14,448 nucleotides of DNA from the NCBI GenBank assembly GCA_040752415.1, contig JBFMGU010000264.1, positions 1-14,448 of the forward strand, given 5' to 3'. A program made the translations under genes and the position numbers. The notes beneath the pieces were generated by a model. That model did no database searches and was not told the origin of the DNA. It saw only the letters and a program-made list of their open reading frames with translations. Of the stretch, positions 1-6,695 are shown one piece after another (positions within the stretch are counted from its first letter, which is position 1; each line of letters opens with the position of its first letter). Source of the stretch: Myxococcota bacterium. Lineage in GTDB: Bacteria; Myxococcota; JACRCW01.

Positions 1-2
1 AG

Positions 3-347
3 CCGCCGCCCCCGCCGCCCCTGGTGCTCACCAGCACGCTGGTTGGCGGTGAGGTCGACGACGAGGCGGAGCCGGTGGTGCTGGTGGACAGCGTCGAGAA
101 CGTGCCCACCGCACCGCGGCTCAAGAAGACGCGCAAGGGCGGGGTGGTGGTCGCCGGGCCGCTGGCGGAGATGGTCGACGACGTGGAGCTGACCGGCGTG
201 CAGGTCATGGACGCCGTGGACGTGATGGCCGGAGGCCCGGCGCTGCCGGAGGTGGACATCCAGTCCAGCGGCACCACCGCGCATGACGGCACGCCGCTCA
301 CCCCGCCCACCATCGACGCGCCGGGGGACGCCCCGCCCTCCAGCTGA
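3..347 (+). CDS. 3' end of a protein that begins before the window; Pro-rich, acidic low-complexity tail, function unknown
   Basis: The frame is open from position 3 (PPPPPPLVLTSTLVGGEVDDEAEP...) to TGA at 345-347, with strong G/C bias at third codon positions. No recognisable domain. Confidence 0.75.
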   Translation, partial: PPPPPPLVLTSTLVGGEVDDEAEPVVLVDSVENVPTAPRLKKTRKGGVVVAGPLAEMVDDVELTGVQVMDAVDVMAGGPALPEVDIQSSGTTAHDGTPLTPPTIDAPGDAPPSS

Positions 348-379
348 GCGGCCTGCCTTCCGCACCCGACGTCAAGACA

Positions 380-613
380 GCGGTTCCCGTTCAGGTTGGC
401 TGGCAGGTTGGGTTGATCGAGCTGCATCGCTCACCGTTCGCAGACCGGGACGTCCGCGCACAGGGAAGTCTCGATAGCGGGTGGCTGTCGACGACGCGCG
501 ACGGACGCCCCGGCGGGGCCCCAAGGTCGTGGCGCGGACATTCGTGTTACATTCCTGTCTGCGATCCGCAACCGAATGGCGTTCAACCAGCGGCCACCTG
601 GGCGGGAGCCCGC
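380..613 (+). ncRNA. Candidate structured non-coding RNA (rod with central bubble and branched apex; 6S/SsrS-like architecture, unconfirmed)
   Basis: Pairings read by hand: 380-402 with 591-613 (22 pairs: 18 Watson-Crick + 4 U-G); 408-419 with 580-590; unpaired bubble 420-437/565-579; TCGCAGAC 438-445 with GTCTGCGA 557-564; GTCCGCGC 452-459 with GCGCGGAC 532-539; apical hairpin TCGATAGC 471-478 with GCTGTCGA 484-491. Non-canonical pairs are mainly G-U on the + strand. Confidence 0.45.
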
Positions 614-752
614 CATCAAGCCCCAGATGCTGTTCGGCCCGCTGTGAACGCGCCCGACGCTGGCCCACCGTCGGCGCAGGCTCGCCGCGCTCCCTGGTCG
701 TGGTCCACGGGTGGCGGTCAGGACCCGGTGGCCAATTCGTGCTGCGGCAGCC
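608..752 (+). repeat. Dispersed intergenic repeat, copy 1 (homologous to the element at 14204-14435)
   Basis: 629-665 matches 14358-14394 at 34/37 nt. GGTCGTGGTCC 696-706 equals 14422-14432. GCGGTCAGGACC 714-725 is the exact reverse complement of 14231-14242. 721-752 matches the reverse complement of 14204-14235 at 22/32 nt. Confidence 0.9.
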
Positions 753-753
753 G

Positions 754-1818
754 CTAACCCGGCGTGGGAGTGGGCGCCGGCTCGTGGCTGCGGAAGCGCA
801 GGTAGACCAGCCCGCCCACCGCGCCGATCAGGAACTGCGTCAGCACCATCAACGTGAAGATGTCCGCGCCACGCTCGCTTCCCAGCAGGCGGAACAGGAA
901 CAGGAACGCCGCGTGGCCCGTGCCCACGCCCACCGGCGCCACCGGGATGGTGGTGATGAGCAGGCCGGTGGGCACCACGGTGTAGAGGTCATGCAGCGCC
1001 AGCTGCCCCTCCCCCATGGCGCGCGAGAAGAACAGGAACGCCACGCCCACGGTGAGGTGGATGACCGCGGACAACCCCAGCGCGCGCAGCACCGTGCCGC
1101 GGTGGTGGTGGTAGTGGCGCATGCCCTCGTAGACGCCGGTGATGGCCGCCAGCCTGGGGATGCGGGTGTGGATGGCGGTGAGGAGCTTCAGCAAGAGGTC
1201 GCGCTCCGGGTTCACCAGGAACAGGTACGCGTAGAACCCCACCACGCCCGCCGCCATGCCGTGCACCAGGAGCTTCAGCGCTCCCACCGTGGTGGCGTCC
1301 CCGGTGAAGTTGCTCCCCAGCAGCATGGCCAACGACGAGACCACCATCAGCGCCGAGAGCCCGAGCACACGGTCGAACAGGATGCTGCCAAAGGTGCGCG
1401 CGCGCCGCTCCGGGGCCTCCTGGCCCACGTAGAACGCCTTGACGAAGTCGCCGCTCACCGCGCCCGGCAGCGCGATGTTGAAGAACAGGCCAATGAACTG
1501 CAGCTGCACCGTGCGCGAGAACGGGATGACCAGCGACTGCGCCCGCAGCAGAAGCTGCCAACGGAACGCGCTGGCCAGGGACGTGGACACCAGCAGGAGC
1601 ATCCCCGCCACCATGGGCAGCGGCCGGGTGAACGCCTCCCGCGTCTTGTCCAGCGACAGGAAACCCTTCTGCACCAGGACGTAGAGCAGCCCACCCACCA
1701 GCCCCAGCTTCAGCAGCTGCACCACCACGCCGCGTGCACCGCGCTTGGGCTTCGGCGGTGACGACGAGGGCGGCGCGGGCGCCGGAGCAACGGGCGAGGC
1801 GGGAACGGGATGGGACAC
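754..1818 (-). CDS. UPF0104 / lysylphosphatidylglycerol synthase TM-domain (flippase-like) membrane protein
   Basis: Multi-TM protein with the family motifs 'AFRWQLLL', 'FIGLFFNIALPGAVSGDFVKAFY', 'SILFDRVLGL' and 'IPVAPVGVGTGHAAF'. Start placed at GTG 1818 rather than the ORF-track start at 1854; the start is uncertain. Confidence 0.88.
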   Translation of the reverse strand: MSHPVPASPVAPAPAPPSSSPPKPKRGARGVVVQLLKLGLVGGLLYVLVQKGFLSLDKTREAFTRPLPMVAGMLLLVSTSLASAFRWQLLLRAQSLVIPFSRTVQLQFIGLFFNIALPGAVSGDFVKAFYVGQEAPERRARTFGSILFDRVLGLSALMVVSSLAMLLGSNFTGDATTVGALKLLVHGMAAGVVGFYAYLFLVNPERDLLLKLLTAIHTRIPRLAAITGVYEGMRHYHHHRGTVLRALGLSAVIHLTVGVAFLFFSRAMGEGQLALHDLYTVVPTGLLITTIPVAPVGVGTGHAAFLFLFRLLGSERGADIFTLMVLTQFLIGAVGGLVYLRFRSHEPAPTPTPG

Positions 1819-1826
1819 GGCGCGCG

Positions 1827-1855
1827 ACCCTAGCGTCCCGGGCGGGACGCGCAAA
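1827..1855 (-). promoter_or_regulatory. Putative sigma70-type promoter (TTTGCG-N17-TAGGGT) with a perfect 8-bp inverted repeat filling the spacer
   Basis: On the minus strand: TTTGCG (1855-1850), 17 nt, TAGGGT (1832-1827), then 8 nt to the GTG at 1818. Inverted repeat GCGTCCCG-GG-CGGGACGC at 1833-1850. Confidence 0.35.
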
Positions 1856-1928
1856 GCCCGTGGGGCGCCCGCGCTCGCGTCGACGTCGAGGCGGTGGCGC
1901 GCGGCAGGCGCGAGCGTGACAACCCGTC

Positions 1929-2564
1929 ATGGACACCGGACGCTTCATCCAACAGGTCCAGGATCGGGCCGGGCTGGACGGGGAGATGGCCTGGCGCGTG
2001 GTGGGCGCCACGCTGGACGCGCTGGGTCGCCGCCTGGACCCCCTCCACGCCGACGCCGTGGCGCGCCAGCTCCCGGACGACCTCCAGGACATGCTCCACC
2101 GCCACCCCCACGGCTCCGCCCGCGACGACGTGGACGCGTTCTACGGCGAGGTGGCCGCGCTGGAAGCGGTGGACCCCGCGTTCGCGCGGGAGCACGCGCA
2201 GGTGGTGTGCCAGGTGCTGGCGGAGGCCGTGGACGACGAGGGACTGCGCCACCTGCGGGCGGACTTCTCCGACGGGATGGCGGAGCTGTTCACGCGTCGC
2301 CCTGCGCCAGGGGAATCCGCGCCGCCGGCCCATCCCGTGGCGCCACCCCCGCCCCACCACACGCTCTCCGACGGAAGACCGGGCAGCACCCACCCCGTCA
2401 GCGAGGCCGCGCCGCCGCGCGGTCACTCGGAGTCCGTGGCGCGCACGCCCCATCCGCACGAGGACACCAAGCTCTCCAGCGCCACCGGCACCACCCAGGA
2501 GCGGCTGCACCGCACGCTTGGGGAAGGGCACCCCGGCAGCAACCGCCCGCTGAGCGGAGCCTGA
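1929..2564 (+). CDS. DUF2267 domain-containing protein with a Pro/His/Ser-rich C-terminal extension
   Basis: The N-terminal ~120 aa fit the DUF2267 pattern (FIQQVQDRAGL...ATLDALGRRL...VARQLPDDL...FYGEVA...AQVVCQVLAEAV...ELF). The tail has two copies of TLxxGxPGSxxPxSxA. Confidence 0.8.
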   Translation: MDTGRFIQQVQDRAGLDGEMAWRVVGATLDALGRRLDPLHADAVARQLPDDLQDMLHRHPHGSARDDVDAFYGEVAALEAVDPAFAREHAQVVCQVLAEAVDDEGLRHLRADFSDGMAELFTRRPAPGESAPPAHPVAPPPPHHTLSDGRPGSTHPVSEAAPPRGHSESVARTPHPHEDTKLSSATGTTQERLHRTLGEGHPGSNRPLSGA

Positions 2565-2618
2565 GGCCGGCGGAAAACTGGCCTCCCGCACAACCGCCGC
2601 GTCACGCTCGCCGGGGAC

Positions 2619-3917
2619 ATGACCGCAGAGACCGGGCGAGAGCAGGCGCTGGTTGCCGAATACATCCACGAGGAGGGCCAGCGCGCGCTGGCGCGGGGAG
2701 CGCGTTACCTGGCGATCTTCGGGCTGGTCTCGGCGGTGCAGGTCGAGGCGTTGCTGGCCTTGGGATACGTGGCGGGCGTGCGCACCGCGTCGGTGTTTGC
2801 GTTGCTGGGCGGGACCTGGGCGTGGCTCACCCACCGCATGGCTCGTCGTGGGGCCCTCAAGGGAGCGCTGGCCTATGTGTTCCTCCTGCCCCTGACCAGC
2901 CTCCCCACCGGGTTCTTCCTGGCCTCGCATTTCGCCCTGCCCGGCGGCGTAGCCACGTGGCTGACCGGCCCCTTCAGCTACCTCTACGCGCCGCTCATCA
3001 TCCTCACCGGCTTCCTGTTCCAGCGGGCGCTGCCGGTGGTGGCGGGCGCGGTGGCCGCGGCGGGCTACCTGGTGTGCACCTGGCTGGCCGTACCCACCCT
3101 GGTGCAGGTGGTGGCCCCCGACCCCATCCTGCAGCAGGAGCTGAGCTCACCCGCCATCTACGTCCTCAAGACCATGATGTTGCTGCTCACCGGGCTCGTC
3201 GTGGGGAGCCTGGCGCACTATGGGCGGAAGCTCATCCTCCGCGTGCTGCACGAGGAGAACGAAAAGAAGGGCATCAGCCGCCTGTTCGGCCAGTTCGTCA
3301 GCCACGAGGTGCGCGACAAGATCATCCGCGAGAAGAGCACCGTGCTCGGTGAGCGCAAGACCGTGGTGGTGCTGTTCTCCGACGTGCGCGCGTTCTCCTC
3401 CTGGAGCGAGGGCGCGGACCCCGCCGCGGTGGTGCAGCAGCTCAACCAGTATTTCGACGGCATGGTGGGCGCCATCCAGCGTCACGGCGGCATCATCGAC
3501 AAGTTCATCGGCGACGCGGTGATGGCCGTGTTCGGCGGCGTGTTGGAGCTGGAGAATCCGTCGGAGAATGCGCTGCGCGCGGCGCGGGAGATGCGCGCGG
3601 TGTTGCGCACCCTCAATGCGCGCTGGGCCGCCGCGGGCATGCCCCAGCTGGACAACGGCATTGGCCTGCACCGGGGCGAGGTGCTGCAGGGCACCGTGGG
3701 CAGCGCCGACCGCAAGGAGTTCACCGTCATTGGCGACGCCGTCAACACCGCGAGCCGCCTGGAGTCCGCCACCAAGGACTTCCAGCAATCCATCCTCATC
3801 TCCCAAGCGCTGCACGACGCGTTGACGTCGTCATCCCAGGCCCACTGCCGGCACCTGGGTCAGGCGCGGCTCAAGGGCAAGGCGCAGGAGGTCACCGTCT
3901 ACGGCGTGGCCGACTGA
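2619..3917 (+). CDS. Membrane-bound class III adenylate/guanylate cyclase (about 6 TM + catalytic domain), probably ATP-specific
   Basis: Motifs VVLFSDVRAFSSWSE, IDKFIGDAVMAVFG, GIGLHRGEV..GTVG and EFTVIGDAVNTASRLE. Six hydrophobic segments lie N-terminal to the catalytic domain. GGGGA precedes the ATG. Confidence 0.93.
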   Translation: MTAETGREQALVAEYIHEEGQRALARGARYLAIFGLVSAVQVEALLALGYVAGVRTASVFALLGGTWAWLTHRMARRGALKGALAYVFLLPLTSLPTGFFLASHFALPGGVATWLTGPFSYLYAPLIILTGFLFQRALPVVAGAVAAAGYLVCTWLAVPTLVQVVAPDPILQQELSSPAIYVLKTMMLLLTGLVVGSLAHYGRKLILRVLHEENEKKGISRLFGQFVSHEVRDKIIREKSTVLGERKTVVVLFSDVRAFSSWSEGADPAAVVQQLNQYFDGMVGAIQRHGGIIDKFIGDAVMAVFGGVLELENPSENALRAAREMRAVLRTLNARWAAAGMPQLDNGIGLHRGEVLQGTVGSADRKEFTVIGDAVNTASRLESATKDFQQSILISQALHDALTSSSQAHCRHLGQARLKGKAQEVTVYGVAD

Positions 3918-3919
3918 GC

Positions 3920-4987
3920 TCATTGGCACTGCTGCGCATCCGGCAGCGTGCACACCCCGTTGAAGCAGAACGCGGGGGCCAGGCAGCGCGGACCATTGTC
4001 GTCGTCACAGGTGGCGGCGTCCGCGGCGTGGCCGGTGCACTCCCCCACCTCGCTGTTCTCCGGGAAGATGCACAGGCCCGCGGTCTGGCACACGCGGTAG
4101 GTGTTGGGCATGACGCCGCACAGGTCTCCGTCGTCGACGAGCTCGATCTCCTGGCAGCGGTTGGTGGCGGGGTTGCAGTACAGGCCCTGGCGCGCGTCGC
4201 ACAGGCTGGCGTCCGGGTTGCAGATGTCATCCAGCTGCTTGGGCGGCTCGCAGAAGCCGTGGTCACACACCAGCCCGCCGAGGCAGATGTCCACCGCGCC
4301 GCATTCTCCGTCGCGCGCCACCGGGACCACGCAGAAGGCGCCGTTGCAGGCCAGCCCCTCGGCGCAGTCGGAATCCGTGTTGCAGTCCTCCCCCTCCTGC
4401 GCCGCCGCCGCGCACACACCGCACAACGCGGTGCCCGACACCCGGCACACGCCGCTGGCGCACTGGTGCGAGAACGTGCAGGGCTCACCGTTGCCGCGCG
4501 TCCCGTCAGGATAACGGCACGCCACCGGGGTGATGCCCGTGGCCAGCTGCGCGCACGTGAGCGAGGAGAAGACGTTGGTGCACCCCTGCACGAGGTCGGG
4601 CGTGATGGCGGAGCCGGGCGCGGTGAATCCCTGGGGACACACCAGCGACACGCGCGCCAGACACGTCGCCAGGTCGCCCCAGCGGTACGCCAGCAGCCAT
4701 GGCGTGCACTCCTGGTACGCGCCGCAGAACGCCTGCGCATAGTCCGCGCACGCCTGCTCCGAGGTCACTCCACCGCCGCTGCTGCTGCTCGTCGAGCTGC
4801 CCGTCCCACCGGTGTCCCCCGACGAGCTGCTGGTGCCGGTGCTGCTGGATGCCACGCTGGAGGAGGTCCCACCGCCACTGCTGCTCCCGCCGCTGGCCGC
4901 CGCGCTCGACGAGGAGGATTCCGCGCCCACGCCGCTGCAGCCCCACGGTGCAATCCCCACGACGAGACACACCGCTCCCAAGCGCAT
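3920..4987 (-). CDS. Cys-rich repeat lipoprotein with Ser/Gly linker (function unknown)
   Basis: GGAG lies 5 nt before ATG 4987. Signal peptide MRLGAVCLVVGIAPWG-C ends in a lipobox-like site. It is followed by a ~55-aa Ser/Gly/Thr linker, then 34 Cys including about six C-x5-C-x5-C-x4-C-like units. Confidence 0.85.
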   Translation of the reverse strand: MRLGAVCLVVGIAPWGCSGVGAESSSSSAAASGGSSSGGGTSSSVASSSTGTSSSSGDTGGTGSSTSSSSGGGVTSEQACADYAQAFCGAYQECTPWLLAYRWGDLATCLARVSLVCPQGFTAPGSAITPDLVQGCTNVFSSLTCAQLATGITPVACRYPDGTRGNGEPCTFSHQCASGVCRVSGTALCGVCAAAAQEGEDCNTDSDCAEGLACNGAFCVVPVARDGECGAVDICLGGLVCDHGFCEPPKQLDDICNPDASLCDARQGLYCNPATNRCQEIELVDDGDLCGVMPNTYRVCQTAGLCIFPENSEVGECTGHAADAATCDDDNGPRCLAPAFCFNGVCTLPDAQQCQ

Positions 4988-5087
4988 GGTGGCTCCAAGG
5001 CAGACGTGTCTCAGTCGTTTCAGGAGCACGTGGTGCTGTCAAGGCGACGGCTGTCCAGTCTAGCTTCACACACCAACGAGGTTGGGC

Positions 5088-6683
5088 ATGTACGCGTGGC
5101 GACGTTGGGCGGTGATGACGGGGCTCCTGTGGTGCGCGTGCCGCTCGTCGGGGCCGGTGCGCGCGCCCGCCGCCGTGGGGGACGCGGATGTCTTCTACGA
5201 GGTCTTCGTGCGCAGCTTCCACGACAGCAACGGCGACGGCGTGGGCGACATCCGCGGCATCCTCGAGAAGCTGGACCATCTCAACGACGGACGCGCGGGT
5301 GAAGGTGAGGACCTGGAGGTGGGCGGACTGTGGCTCACGCCCATCAACCCCTCGCCCTCGTACCACGGCTACGACGTCACCGATTACCTGGGCGTCAACC
5401 CCGCGCTGGGCACGGAAGCCGACGTGCGGCAATTGTTCGACGAGTGCCATCGACGTGGCATGCGGGTGCTGCTGGACCTGGTGGTGAATCACACGTCGTC
5501 ACAGCACCCGTGGTTCCAGGCGGCGCGGGTGGGCCCGGAAAGCCCCACGCGTGACTACTACCTCTGGCGTCACGACGACCCGGGCTGGACGCAACCGTGG
5601 CCCGGCGGAAGGCGGACCTGGCATCCCCTCGGCGACGGGACGTTCTTCTACGGCCTGTTCTGGTCGGGGATGCCGGACCTCAACTACGGCAATCCCGCCG
5701 TGGCCGACGCCATGGTGCACACCGCGCGGACCTGGCTGCAGCGGGGCGCGGACGGCTTCCGCGTCGACGCGGCGCGCTACCTGTATGAGAGTCCCGACGG
5801 AGAGCTGGCCGACCTGCCCGCCACGCACGCGTTCTTCCGTCGCCTGCGCGCGGAGGTGGCCGCGGTGAAACCTTCCGCGCTGCTGGTGGCGGAAGCGTGG
5901 ACGGAGCGCGCGCGCGTCCTGGAGTACCGTGGCCACGACGACGAGTTCCACCAGGCCTTCGACTTCGACCTCGCCAGCGCCATCACCAGCACCATCCTCG
6001 GTGAGCACGGCGACGCGCTGCGCACCGAGCTGGCGAAGATTGCCGAAACGCGCACGCCGTGGAGCTATGAGGCCACCTTCCTCAGCAACCATGACATGGA
6101 CCGCCTGGTCTCCCGTCTCCCGTCGCTGGCGGCGGTGAAAGCCGCGGTGACGTTGTTGCTGATGCTCCCCGGCACGCCGTTCCTCTACTACGGCGACGAG
6201 GTGGGCCTGCCGCAGGGGAGCGGCCACGGCGACGAAGCCAAGCGCACCCCCATGCCCTGGACCGCCGCGGGCGGTTTCACGACGGGAACACCCTGGTACC
6301 CGTACGCCGGCGAGCTCGACACCCGGAACGTGGCGACGCAGCGGCGCGACCCGGCCAGCCTGCTCTCCCACCACCGCAAGCTCATCCGTTTGCGACGCGA
6401 GCTGGGCATCCCGCGCGCCGAGGCACCGGTGATGCTGGACGCCGCGCATCCCGCGCTGGTGGTGCTGGCCTACCCGGTGGCGGGCGTGGTTGTCGTCGTC
6501 AACGCCGGGTCGGAGGTGGTGGAGATGCAGCCGGTGGCGCTGCCGGGCGCGCTGCGGGGAGCACGCTCGGTCACCACGGTGCTGGGGGTTGGGGAGGGAG
6601 GGATGCGCGGCGGTCAGCTCAGCTGGTCACGCGGCCAGGAACGTTTCACACCGTATGAGAGCCGGGTGCTCCGCCTGCGCTGA
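5088..6683 (+). CDS. GH13 alpha-amylase family glycoside hydrolase, predicted lipoprotein
   Basis: Motifs FYEVFVRSFHDSNGDGVGD, YHGYDVTDY, DLVVNHTS, GADGFRVDAA (nucleophile D), LVAEAW (acid/base E), FLSNHD and GTPFLYYGDEVG. N-terminal MYAWRRWAVMTGLLWCA-C is lipobox-like. GAGG precedes ATG 5088. Confidence 0.95.
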   Translation: MYAWRRWAVMTGLLWCACRSSGPVRAPAAVGDADVFYEVFVRSFHDSNGDGVGDIRGILEKLDHLNDGRAGEGEDLEVGGLWLTPINPSPSYHGYDVTDYLGVNPALGTEADVRQLFDECHRRGMRVLLDLVVNHTSSQHPWFQAARVGPESPTRDYYLWRHDDPGWTQPWPGGRRTWHPLGDGTFFYGLFWSGMPDLNYGNPAVADAMVHTARTWLQRGADGFRVDAARYLYESPDGELADLPATHAFFRRLRAEVAAVKPSALLVAEAWTERARVLEYRGHDDEFHQAFDFDLASAITSTILGEHGDALRTELAKIAETRTPWSYEATFLSNHDMDRLVSRLPSLAAVKAAVTLLLMLPGTPFLYYGDEVGLPQGSGHGDEAKRTPMPWTAAGGFTTGTPWYPYAGELDTRNVATQRRDPASLLSHHRKLIRLRRELGIPRAEAPVMLDAAHPALVVLAYPVAGVVVVVNAGSEVVEMQPVALPGALRGARSVTTVLGVGEGGMRGGQLSWSRGQERFTPYESRVLRLR

Positions 6684-6695
6684 TGACGACGTCCA

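Noticed and set aside
460..500. AGGGAAGTC considered as a cobalamin riboswitch or RNase P motif
   Set aside because: The other conserved blocks of those RNAs are absent, and the site is 3' of two convergent genes rather than in a 5' leader.
372..757. Short ORFs within the first intergenic region (372-668, 413-757, 431-619)
   Set aside because: No RBS, no GC3 bias and no recognisable motifs. The region is better explained by RNA/DNA secondary structure and a repeat.
481..1761. 426-aa + strand ORF, and similar long overlapping ORFs (1745-3352, 3923-5302, 6819-8813, 10218-11687, 11947-12978, 12957-14075)
   Set aside because: Antisense or alternate-frame shadows of well-supported genes. Stop codons are rare in high-GC DNA, and the translations are low-complexity (mostly Arg/Gly/Ala-rich) with no motifs.
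4775..4920. GCT/GGA-type trinucleotide-like repeats
   Set aside because: These simply encode the Ser/Gly linker of the Cys-rich lipoprotein.
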